From NCBI GenBank assembly GCA_964647565.1, contig CAZYIM010000028.1:9415-39713 (forward strand): a DNA stretch of 30,299 bases, given 5' to 3'. The translations under genes were made by a program, and so were the position numbers. Positions 7,178-15,596 of this stretch are shown in pieces; position 1 is the first letter of the stretch, and each line of letters opens with the position of its first letter. Origin of the DNA: an uncultured Methanosarcinales archaeon (GTDB lineage: Archaea > Nanobdellota > Nanobdellia > Woesearchaeales > CAZYIM01). The notes under the pieces were generated by a model. It searched no databases. It was not told the DNA's origin and worked only from the letters and a program-made list of their open reading frames with translations.

Positions 7178-8896
7178 ATGTTTGAGCGGGAAAAAGAGGT
7201 GCTTGTTAAAGACTGTCAGGAATGCGATTACGTTAGTTCTCCAACTATATCCAAAGAATGCAGGAATTGTATTGGAAAGCAAAAATTTGACCGTCTTCGG
7301 CTAGTAACTAAATATTTTACAAAGGAATATGACAGAAAATACAATCTTCTTTCTGTTGAACCCTTCTTTATTGATGTCCGGTTTAACACTCTCGTTGAAA
7401 ATGCAACTTATGTTGATGAATATTTCCTAAGCACAGGTGCAAAGGTCACCATATTCAAGAAAGAGGATGGTGTGGGGTACATATATTTTGTGAATATTCC
7501 AGAGATGAACATAACTTTTAATGAGCTTCCTAAGTTTCATGAGCTTGTGGAACAATATGAGTTGGACGGTGATACTGAAAATCTTTTTGTGAAGCGGTGG
7601 TATAAGGATTTTGGAATCCTTGAGCATCTCTTGTTTGATGATAATATTCTTGAAATAAATATTAATCCTCCTGCTTACAAGACAGGTATTCGTATAGTAC
7701 ATGCAAAATATGCTGAGTGTGTCTCAAATATTTATCCTACTGATGCATTTTTAGATTATCTGGCTACCAGATTGAAGATAAGCACTGGAAGACCTCTCAA
7801 CAAGGCTCAACCTCAATTGGACGGAGAGATTTTCATTGAGGATCAGCGAGCAAGAGTTGCAGCAATTGTAGAACCCTTCTCTATATATGGTACTGCCTAC
7901 TCTATTAGAAAACACAGAGAGCATCCATGGACCCTCCCGCTTTTTATTAAGAATAGGAATGCCAATGCTTGGTTTGCAGGCCTGATGGGTATGGCGATTG
8001 CTCACGGCAGAACATTTCTAACAGCAGGACCTAGAGGTTCTGGAAAGACCTCTATGCTTGGAGCCCTTATCTTAGAGATACTTCCTAAATACAGGATTAT
8101 AACTATTGAAGATACTCAAGAACTGCCAGTTAAATCATATAAAAAGTTGGGATATGACATCTTACCTCTTAAAGTGAGATCTGCCTTGATGAAAGAGGGT
8201 ATGGAATTACCATTTGACGTTGGCTTGAGGACATCGTTAAGATTGGGAGATTCTTGCCTGATAATAGGTGAGGTAAGAAGTAAAGAAGCGATTGTGCTTT
8301 ATGAAGCAATGCGTGTTGGAGCTATGGCCAACGTGGTTGCAGGAACTATCCACGGCGATTCTCCTTATGGTGTGTTTGACAGAGTTGTAAATGATTTAGG
8401 CGTGCCAAAGGGATCTTTTAAGGTTACAGATCTCATCGTTATCCAGAACCAGATAAAAACCCCGACAGGCTTAAGCAGGGTGAGGCGTGTAATGAAGGTT
8501 ACTGAGGTGCTTAAGAAATGGGAAGATGAGCCTGAGTTTCAGGATCTGTTAGTCTACAATCCTCAGACTGATAATCTTGAGCCCACAGAGGCCCTTTTAC
8601 AGGGACGGTCTGAAATGCTGAAGCAGATATTAAGTACTACCTCTGGATATAAGAATTACGATGATGTACTTAAAGACATCATTCTTAGGGGCTGGGCTAA
8701 AAAGGTTCATGTGGATCTTGCAGAAGGAAACGAAGCTTTTCTAGAGGCGCCGTACATTTCAGAAGCTAACAATCTTTATACTGTTCTTTTTGAACAATTT
8801 AAGCCGCTGCTTTCTGTGAAGAATGAGGCTATGTTCAAGACCATGTTCGAACAACGTTTGACAACTAATTTTCATTCAATGCTCAAGGGAAAGTGA
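7178..8896 (+). CDS. Type II/IV secretion system assembly ATPase (CpaF/TadA/VirB11/ArlI family)
   Basis: Walker A GPRGSGKT, Asp box TIEDTQE, Walker B LIIGEVR, His box GTIHG; N-terminal CQEC...CRNC. Start moved to ATG 7178. Confidence 0.93.
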   Translation: MFEREKEVLVKDCQECDYVSSPTISKECRNCIGKQKFDRLRLVTKYFTKEYDRKYNLLSVEPFFIDVRFNTLVENATYVDEYFLSTGAKVTIFKKEDGVGYIYFVNIPEMNITFNELPKFHELVEQYELDGDTENLFVKRWYKDFGILEHLLFDDNILEININPPAYKTGIRIVHAKYAECVSNIYPTDAFLDYLATRLKISTGRPLNKAQPQLDGEIFIEDQRARVAAIVEPFSIYGTAYSIRKHREHPWTLPLFIKNRNANAWFAGLMGMAIAHGRTFLTAGPRGSGKTSMLGALILEILPKYRIITIEDTQELPVKSYKKLGYDILPLKVRSALMKEGMELPFDVGLRTSLRLGDSCLIIGEVRSKEAIVLYEAMRVGAMANVVAGTIHGDSPYGVFDRVVNDLGVPKGSFKVTDLIVIQNQIKTPTGLSRVRRVMKVTEVLKKWEDEPEFQDLLVYNPQTDNLEPTEALLQGRSEMLKQILSTTSGYKNYDDVLKDIILRGWAKKVHVDLAEGNEAFLEAPYISEANNLYTVLFEQFKPLLSVKNEAMFKTMFEQRLTTNFHSMLKGK

Positions 8897-8899
8897 TGT

Positions 8900-10786
8900 A
8901 TGAATCTACTAAAAATTTACGAACTTGGAAGGATTTTACCTTTTAGCTTTTCTGTTAAAATTATGGATGACAAACTGAATTTTGTTCTGTTTCCCTACAA
9001 TTCCAAAGACATATTGACCACAGCTCTTCTTTTTCTATTGGGTGGCCTAATCATCTATCTTCTATTTGTCTTCTTGATTCCGCTTATTGCTTATATAGGT
9101 ATTTTTATGGGTCTTGTTATGGCATTTGTGCTTTATATCTATCCAGGTCATATCTATTATTTTCATCAAATAGGCGAATATAATGAAGAAATGCTTCGTG
9201 CCATTTTACGAATCTCAACATTTATATCGATGGATTCAAGCATGGAGTATGCTTGGATTGATACTACATCTCATCTGCATGGCACCTTGCGGCTCCAGTT
9301 CGAGAAGATTTCAAGAGAGCTCCAAACCAAGGAGAAGGTTACTTTAGGATCTGCTCTTGAGGAATTTGTTGATACATGGAATAGTATTAATCCTTCTTTT
9401 GTAAAATCTCTTAGGTTGCTTCAGACTGCAATGAACAGTCCAAAGCAAGACAGGGAAGGTATAATCAATGAAGTCATAGAGACCCTTATCTTTAACTATA
9501 CTTCTACTGGAAAACGTTTTGCTGAGAAATTGGCTCATGACGCGAATAAACTTATCTCTGTTGCAGTACTTTTTCCTGTTTTGTCACTGATGCTTCTTCC
9601 CTTGCTTTCAATTTTTATGACAGATCTGGTCAATCCTGCAATTTTAGCATTTATCTATTGTGTCTTGTTTCCTGTTGTTACTTTGATGATGGCCCTTAAC
9701 TTCTCTTCTGCAAGAATCCAGGTTGATACTGTGAGGATTGAAGATTCTCCCTTTTACAAAAAGACGCCCAGGATGGTATATTATATCGCTATTGCGATCG
9801 TTGTTTTCTTAGCGATTCCAACTATTGTTCATTTGTCTACTATTGATATGTCAACACCTGCGCTTGCAAACAGGGAATATTCGCTGGGTGCAGTAGTAGT
9901 TTGCTGGTTGGTGTCTCTGGGAATAGTGATTGCCACATATCTCTTTACATATATATTTACAAAAAGAAATGAAAAACTCTGGAATGATATTTATTCTATT
10001 GAGCAGGATCTTCCTCATCTTTTACAGAGCATTTCAACCTATCTAACTCTCAACATTTCAATGGAGAATATTCTGCCGGAGATAGTTGATGATTATAAAA
10101 AATTTGGTTTCCATAATCATCCTGTTGTGAAGATTTTCTCGACTTTCATAACCAAACTCTACACCACCAAAGAAAGTCTTGAGGATTTGGCTAGAAATCT
10201 GATGCCTAAGCTGTGCCCATCAAAAAAAGTTACTAATATCCTAAACCAGATAATCTCATTTAATAATATCTCAACTAAAAGCTCTTCTAGAGCTGCCAAG
10301 ATGGTCAGAGAGCAGACACTTTCACTCTATAAGCTTGATGATTATATGAAAACCCTTCTTTCGGACACTTCAGCCCTTATCAATGTAACATCGACTATGC
10401 TTGCACCTCTTTTATGTGCCTCTTCTGTAATCATGTCTCTTGTTATTGTAAAGTCCTTGTCATTTATTACTTCCCAACTTGAGTCAATGTTTTCAACTCT
10501 TGGATCTTCGGGCATAGCCGATTCTCTTAATTTTGTTGATGTCACAAATATTGTACCTCCTACTGTACTTGAGGTTATTGTCGCAATATATCTTATTGAG
10601 ATCATTTTGGTATTATCGATCTTTGCCACTTCAGTCAACATCGGTAACGACAGGTTTCAGATGCTAAAAACGATAAATTCAAATATGATGGGTTTCGTAA
10701 TATATTCCATTATCCTGCTTGCAGGATACATATTCATGCTGGTAATAGTGTTTCAGGGCATACTGGGCGCGACCCCGGGAGTATAA
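8900..10786 (+). CDS. Type IV pilus membrane platform protein (TadC/ArlJ/T2SSF-like, duplicated domain)
   Basis: Multiple TM pairs separated by two helical cytoplasmic domains; begins 3 nt after the ATPase stop. Confidence 0.8.
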   Translation: MNLLKIYELGRILPFSFSVKIMDDKLNFVLFPYNSKDILTTALLFLLGGLIIYLLFVFLIPLIAYIGIFMGLVMAFVLYIYPGHIYYFHQIGEYNEEMLRAILRISTFISMDSSMEYAWIDTTSHLHGTLRLQFEKISRELQTKEKVTLGSALEEFVDTWNSINPSFVKSLRLLQTAMNSPKQDREGIINEVIETLIFNYTSTGKRFAEKLAHDANKLISVAVLFPVLSLMLLPLLSIFMTDLVNPAILAFIYCVLFPVVTLMMALNFSSARIQVDTVRIEDSPFYKKTPRMVYYIAIAIVVFLAIPTIVHLSTIDMSTPALANREYSLGAVVVCWLVSLGIVIATYLFTYIFTKRNEKLWNDIYSIEQDLPHLLQSISTYLTLNISMENILPEIVDDYKKFGFHNHPVVKIFSTFITKLYTTKESLEDLARNLMPKLCPSKKVTNILNQIISFNNISTKSSSRAAKMVREQTLSLYKLDDYMKTLLSDTSALINVTSTMLAPLLCASSVIMSLVIVKSLSFITSQLESMFSTLGSSGIADSLNFVDVTNIVPPTVLEVIVAIYLIEIILVLSIFATSVNIGNDRFQMLKTINSNMMGFVIYSIILLAGYIFMLVIVFQGILGATPGV

Positions 10787-10878
10787 TGAACAGAACAATT
10801 AGTATGATTATTTCATTGGTCATTGCCATTATTGCTTTAGGTATCATGTTATTTTTTGTGTTTAAGACTCTTTATTAA
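10786..10878 (+). CDS. 30-aa single-TM peptide MNRTISMIISLVIAIIALGIMLFFVFKTLY (absent from ORF track)
   Basis: ATG overlaps the upstream stop (TAATG); its TAA lies 1 nt before the next ATG (10880). Confidence 0.7.
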   Translation: MNRTISMIISLVIAIIALGIMLFFVFKTLY

Positions 10879-10879
10879 A

Positions 10880-11311
10880 ATGGAAACAACAGAACTCATA
10901 GTTTACCTGGTTATTGCCATGTTGGTCGGCTTTCTCATATTAGGTTTTATATCTGGCTGGAAGGCTGAAAATGCCTATGATTCTTTGAAGGGACTTTTAT
11001 TGAGAGAGCGCAGTCTTAATTACCAGGAAATACCTAGTGAGGAATTTGTTGTGACTACTTATAATCTTTGGAAGCAGTGTGGCTTTGGAGAGGTAAATAA
11101 AAGCCAGACCATCTATGTTGAGGGAACAGGTTCGATTAACAAGGCCTTCCTGTTTCAGGACTTGCTGAAGATGAACCTATGCGAATCCATCCAGTCTGCA
11201 GCAAATAACTGTGGCGCCAGGGAGGATGTTACCTTTACGCCAGCAGATATTGTGCTGCCTGCAATAGTTAAGATAGAGTGCGGCAGTGGCAACTTACTGA
11301 TATCGTCATAA
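10880..11311 (+). CDS. Pilin-like protein (no basic leader; METTE-hydrophobic helix)
   Basis: N-terminal TM with Glu at position 5; four Cys in the globular part; operon context. Confidence 0.7.
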   Translation: METTELIVYLVIAMLVGFLILGFISGWKAENAYDSLKGLLLRERSLNYQEIPSEEFVVTTYNLWKQCGFGEVNKSQTIYVEGTGSINKAFLFQDLLKMNLCESIQSAANNCGAREDVTFTPADIVLPAIVKIECGSGNLLISS

Positions 11312-11326
11312 AATTCCGAAAACTCA

Positions 11327-11427
11327 GTGAAATTATAGAAAATTTCACAAGTCCTCAGAAAATTTTATTTTCTGGGACGCCAGCAACCTTCGCTTGCTTT
11401 GCGTTACGAAAATGCCTTGCATTTTCG
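11327..11427. repeat. Cluster of four short hairpins (REP/MITE-like intergenic element)
   Basis: GTGAAATT/AATTTCAC (11327-11348); GTCC(T)CAGAAAAT/ATTTTCTGGGAC (11351-11378); AGCAA/TTGCT (11382-11398); CGAAAATGC-CTT-GCATTTTCG (11407-11427). Confidence 0.75.
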
Positions 11428-11505
11428 AAAACTTTATAAGTTCAAAAACCGAAAATTGAATAAAAGAATTACATAGTGTTCATTTTAAAAAGAGAGGTGT
11501 TATTC

Positions 11506-11907
11506 ATGGCTGATGTTAAGGAAAGGATCATAACTACTATTGTTCTTGTAGTATCACTGATTGTAGCAGGATTCATTTTTATATTATTGAATTCCAGATT
11601 TTCAACTGAGATGGCACTTTTGGTTGCTCTTCCGTTAGGCATCTTGATAAATATAGTCTATTTGCTTGCTTTTTATGAAGAAACCCACGACAAGAAAAAA
11701 AAGGTCAATACCCTGACCCAGATTTGGGCGGGTTGTGTAATAATTGTGGCGTCCATTATTGTTGGTATTCTTCATGCTATCTTTAACATTGAGATAGGCA
11801 CCCTTTTGATATACCTCACTGTTGTGGTGCTCATCTTGATTTTCGTCTCGATCAAGAAGTATGATAACTACCTTGAAACGAGGCTGGCTGTTAAATCAAA
11901 AAAATAA
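11506..11907 (+). CDS. Four-TM hypothetical membrane protein
   Basis: GAGGTG SD at 11494-11499 before ATG 11506; four hydrophobic segments; own TATA-like TTTATAA at 11433-11439. Confidence 0.75.
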   Translation: MADVKERIITTIVLVVSLIVAGFIFILLNSRFSTEMALLVALPLGILINIVYLLAFYEETHDKKKKVNTLTQIWAGCVIIVASIIVGILHAIFNIEIGTLLIYLTVVVLILIFVSIKKYDNYLETRLAVKSKK

Positions 11908-11929
11908 TGCTTTAAACTGGTGAATTAAA

Positions 11930-12328
11930 ATAGAACTACCAATTAAGGTTATAATTACCTTTTTCGTTGCAGTGGTTGTAGCAATAGCAGTGATCCAATT
12001 TGCAAGGACTATGATAGATAATGCAAGGGATAACATAGACACTATTGGTCCTGATGTTCCTGAAAATAAGATAATTGAGGTACAGTTGATTACAGAAAGT
12101 CAGATACTCCATTTATCAGAACAGTGCTATAACGATCAAAAAGGTAGTTTAGAGAAGGTAATGTGTTTTGTTCTTAGAGGACCTATCGCTGCAGGAGTTA
12201 CAAAAGATACTGTAAAGACCTCGTGGAATGTGCCAGATGCTAACATGACAACTAATTTTGATCCTGCAGATAAGGCATTGTTCATTTATTATATTCCAAT
12301 AACAAATACCGTTGAGGTAATAAATTAA
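11930..12328 (+). CDS. Pilin-like protein; probable ATA start (M)ELPIKVIITFFVAVVVAIAVIQF
   Basis: GGTGA SD at 11919-11923 contains the in-frame upstream stop; the hydrophobic helix extends 14 codons upstream of the track's GTG (11972). Confidence 0.7.
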   Translation: MELPIKVIITFFVAVVVAIAVIQFARTMIDNARDNIDTIGPDVPENKIIEVQLITESQILHLSEQCYNDQKGSLEKVMCFVLRGPIAAGVTKDTVKTSWNVPDANMTTNFDPADKALFIYYIPITNTVEVIN

Positions 12329-12352
12329 AAAACAAGAAAAAGAGGTTATAAA

Positions 12353-12940
12353 ATGAAAAGAATTTTCGGAAAGAAAGGAACTGAAAAACCAATCGAGATT
12401 TTTGTTGCTCTGTTTATCATTTTGGCTGTGGCAATGGTCATGTTAAAAGTTTTTAATACACAGATTACTCAACAGCAGGATACTCTTTCAGATGAAGAGC
12501 AGAAAAGACAGCTTGAGTATCTGCAGACTGATGCGAAACAGGAGTGCAGCAGTTTATGCGCATTGGCTCAGTCCAATCAATGTTCTCCTTCTGATAAGGC
12601 AGAATATTGCATGAAGAGGATTAATGAATATTGGTCTAAAAGTCCTGATGGTACTATCTTGCAGCAGATTGGCACTACCAATTACTGTGAAGATACTCTA
12701 TACTGCCCTCAGATAACCAAATGTGAATGTGGCGGACGAGAACTTACAATCGAGAACTGCTTTAAGTTGGTATGTGACCGTCTTCTTAATGAACATGGTT
12801 GGTTGCCTGCACAAGCAGAGACATATCTGACAAATACTGTCTATCATCCAGGCGCCTGCTATGCAACAGCTTCAGGTCAGGATCAGATTCTCCATTGGTA
12901 TTTCTCAAAAGCACCTATGATAAACTGCTCTGTACCATAA
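12353..12940 (+). CDS. Type IV prepilin-like protein with class III signal peptide, Cys-rich head
   Basis: MKRIFGKKG|TEKPIEIFVALFIILAVAMVML; AGAGGT SD; many Cys. Confidence 0.8.
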   Translation: MKRIFGKKGTEKPIEIFVALFIILAVAMVMLKVFNTQITQQQDTLSDEEQKRQLEYLQTDAKQECSSLCALAQSNQCSPSDKAEYCMKRINEYWSKSPDGTILQQIGTTNYCEDTLYCPQITKCECGGRELTIENCFKLVCDRLLNEHGWLPAQAETYLTNTVYHPGACYATASGQDQILHWYFSKAPMINCSVP

Positions 12941-12952
12941 AACAGGTGACTG

Positions 12953-13363
12953 ATGGAAGAGGCAATATGGATTGCAATAGGAGTTATTGCTGTAATAATA
13001 GCAGTCGGGATCATTTCTCAGCTAGTTGTAAGGACTAATGAAGACAGTAAACTCAACTCAATTGACTCTTCCATAGCGTCATTAAAGCAGAAATGTGATT
13101 TTGTCTGTAATAATCCTGTTGACACTCGATTGTCTGTGACAGTGCCTATTGCTTCAGGTGCAGTCCTTACAGCTAAAGGCAACAAGATGTGTATTTTTAT
13201 CAAAGACAAGGTTGCTTGTGACTCATGTAAATGTTCTTTGATCAATGAGACTATTCTTGATTTGAACAATACTCAATCTTTACAGCTGTTCAGAACGCAC
13301 GATTACTCCTGCTATTTTACCAAGTTACAAAATGAAAATATTAAAGTCGAATGCAGGGGCTAA
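12953..13363 (+). CDS. Pilin-like protein (no basic leader; MEEAIWIAIGVIAVII)
   Basis: GGTGA SD; N-terminal TM then amphipathic helix and beta-rich Cys-containing head. Confidence 0.7.
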   Translation: MEEAIWIAIGVIAVIIAVGIISQLVVRTNEDSKLNSIDSSIASLKQKCDFVCNNPVDTRLSVTVPIASGAVLTAKGNKMCIFIKDKVACDSCKCSLINETILDLNNTQSLQLFRTHDYSCYFTKLQNENIKVECRG

Positions 13364-13772
13364 CGCTGTAAATATAGTCATGTGGATAGGAGCAATATTA
13401 GCTGTTCTTATTATGGTAGCTTGGTTCATAAAAACATTTAGGCCTTATAACGTGGATCTGGATGTTGTAGATAAGGATATTGGGGTGTTGTTTGATTATT
13501 TCAGTGGTGCGTGCAACAGCCACTACTTCAAGGCCAGGTTCAATCCTGTTTTACAGCAGGGGTATATTAGTATAAACAATACCCAGATTTGCGAGGGCAT
13601 TTACATATATAATAAATGCCGCGATGGTAAAAACGGCTGCAATTCTAGTGTCTTATTTCAGAGATGCAGAGTCTTGATTTGCAATACCAGCAACCATTAT
13701 TTTGCGAATCTGACCAATATTACATATTTTTGGATGGAAAAGAATGATACTTTCAGATTTTGGACTGAATAG
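13332..13772 (+). CDS. Prepilin-like protein
   Basis: MKILKSNAG|ANAVNIVMWIGAILAVLIMVAWF; overlaps both neighbours; several N-x-S/T sequons. Confidence 0.7.
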   Translation: MKILKSNAGANAVNIVMWIGAILAVLIMVAWFIKTFRPYNVDLDVVDKDIGVLFDYFSGACNSHYFKARFNPVLQQGYISINNTQICEGIYIYNKCRDGKNGCNSSVLFQRCRVLICNTSNHYFANLTNITYFWMEKNDTFRFWTE

Positions 13773-14181
13773 ACGTGGAACATATTCAATAATAACCACT
13801 TTTTTCTTTATCATAGTGGTTCTTGTTGTGATTATCGGTTTGACTTATTACAGTACCATTATCCTGCAGAGCAAGAAGATCATGGCTGATCAGATATCCA
13901 AGTATGATCTGGCCAGAAGTACCAAGGATGCTATATATCAATGCTATGGCCGGACAGTGTTTCGGATTGATAAGATCAACACGTCTCAATCCTGTATCAC
14001 GTTTGGAGAGGTTATTGGTTATGAGGTCATCCAATACGACAATGGCCTCAATTGCCAGCAGAAAAATTTTACCTTTGGCAATCCAACCTCAAATTATCAG
14101 ATATTCCATTATCTTATCCCTATTGTACAAAATGATACCAAGACAACCTGTCTTGGCAAATTGATAATACATTTAAAATGA
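13744..14181 (+). CDS. Prepilin-like protein with class III signal peptide
   Basis: ...LNRRG|TYSIITTFFFIIVVLVVIIGL; ATGA overlap with the next gene. Confidence 0.75.
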   Translation: MILSDFGLNRRGTYSIITTFFFIIVVLVVIIGLTYYSTIILQSKKIMADQISKYDLARSTKDAIYQCYGRTVFRIDKINTSQSCITFGEVIGYEVIQYDNGLNCQQKNFTFGNPTSNYQIFHYLIPIVQNDTKTTCLGKLIIHLK

Positions 14182-15563
14182 GTGTAGTTGAAAACATTGT
14201 AGGTGCATTGGTGATCTTGATAGTCTTCTTGCTAGTGGGCATTCTAGTCTTCAATAGTATGACCAAGACATCTATGCAGGATCTTATGCTTGAGGAGGGA
14301 GACTTCCTTAAAAACAAATGGGAAACTGATCTCAATGCTTTATTGATTGTGACAGAACCACAGACTAACCAGCCAATTGGCTTTCTACTTTCTGACGCCA
14401 TCTTTTTTAGAGATGAGATAATAACCGTAAATAGTTCAATTGTGAATGCTACTATCAATGTTACACAATTATTTAAGGATCTTCTGGATAGGGCCTATGG
14501 TCCTGGTGAGTACTACATAAATTTTAGGCCGATTATTGTTGATGTAAGTCTTAATTTCATTGTAGATGGTACTAACAGTTTGGTAGCAGAAAGACAGTTT
14601 TTGGCAACTAACATGACTTCTATTTTAGATACAATCCTTCATACTATTAACAAGACTGGCGAAGAAAAGGTTATGGCTACTGTCTATGTCATAGGATCAA
14701 GAAAATGTGATATCTTTGACAACCTGGGAGATTCAAGAGTGATTTGTCGGGTATTAGATGAGAATGATTTGTATGTTCCTGAGCCCTTCTATAACACTAC
14801 CTTAAATCAAGAGAAACTTCGCTGGAACATTAGGCCGCCCTATAACTATTCTTGGCTGAATGGTAACCAATACGCTAAGGCATTTGATTATTATGGTGCT
14901 GACTGGGGTACAGGAACTGCATTTGCATCCATGACTTCTGCAATTGAAAGCCTTAGCAGATTGACTCTTTTCTTCCCTTTTGGAGATGAACTCTCTTCTA
15001 GTTCCATATCGGACTCTTGTTATAATTATAGTGATCAGGAGGATTGGATCCTTTGCGGGCTCTGCGACGACAATTGTCCAACCGCACGTTCAAGATTGCT
15101 TTTGAACAGGACTATAAATGTACTAAAGAATCATAATCATTATGCATTCCCCATCTACTCCTTTAACTGCGACTATGCGTATGCCCCAATTTGGGGTCAG
15201 TTTCGAACTACCCATGCAAATTATGGGGCTGCACCGCCTCCTAATGATAATTGGTGTACGAACACAGAATGTGGAGGCTGCAGTGTTACAGGAGGTGGTA
15301 CTTGTTTCCATTCAAATTGTTGGCCCCAGGTGAAAAGCCAGATGCAATGGCTGGCAAATGAGACTGGCGGCACTGCAATAGAGCTAACAAATCTTAATGC
15401 ATTATCTTCGCTTATATTAAATGCTACCAATCAAACATTCAATGTGTTCAATGTCACAATCGGAAATAAGAATGCTTCCCGAGAACGTTATGTCCTTAAC
15501 AGGATCATACCCATGGCCAAGGGATACAAAGCAGATGTGAATCTATGGGTGTATAAAAAATAA
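14178..15563 (+). CDS. Pilin-like protein with VWA-like domain and Cys-rich insertions (putative adhesin)
   Basis: MSVVE-hydrophobic helix; MIDAS-like LNFIVDGTNS; FFPFGDE; VWA-end-like WLANETGG; many sequons. Confidence 0.7.
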   Translation: MSVVENIVGALVILIVFLLVGILVFNSMTKTSMQDLMLEEGDFLKNKWETDLNALLIVTEPQTNQPIGFLLSDAIFFRDEIITVNSSIVNATINVTQLFKDLLDRAYGPGEYYINFRPIIVDVSLNFIVDGTNSLVAERQFLATNMTSILDTILHTINKTGEEKVMATVYVIGSRKCDIFDNLGDSRVICRVLDENDLYVPEPFYNTTLNQEKLRWNIRPPYNYSWLNGNQYAKAFDYYGADWGTGTAFASMTSAIESLSRLTLFFPFGDELSSSSISDSCYNYSDQEDWILCGLCDDNCPTARSRLLLNRTINVLKNHNHYAFPIYSFNCDYAYAPIWGQFRTTHANYGAAPPPNDNWCTNTECGGCSVTGGGTCFHSNCWPQVKSQMQWLANETGGTAIELTNLNALSSLILNATNQTFNVFNVTIGNKNASRERYVLNRIIPMAKGYKADVNLWVYKK

Positions 15564-15596
15564 ACTTATGATGAAAAAATTATGAAGGTGAAATAC

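Noticed and set aside
11438..11448. AAGTTCAAAAA matching part of the 616-707 repeats
   Set aside because: An 11-nt AT-rich match without the palindromic core; likely chance.
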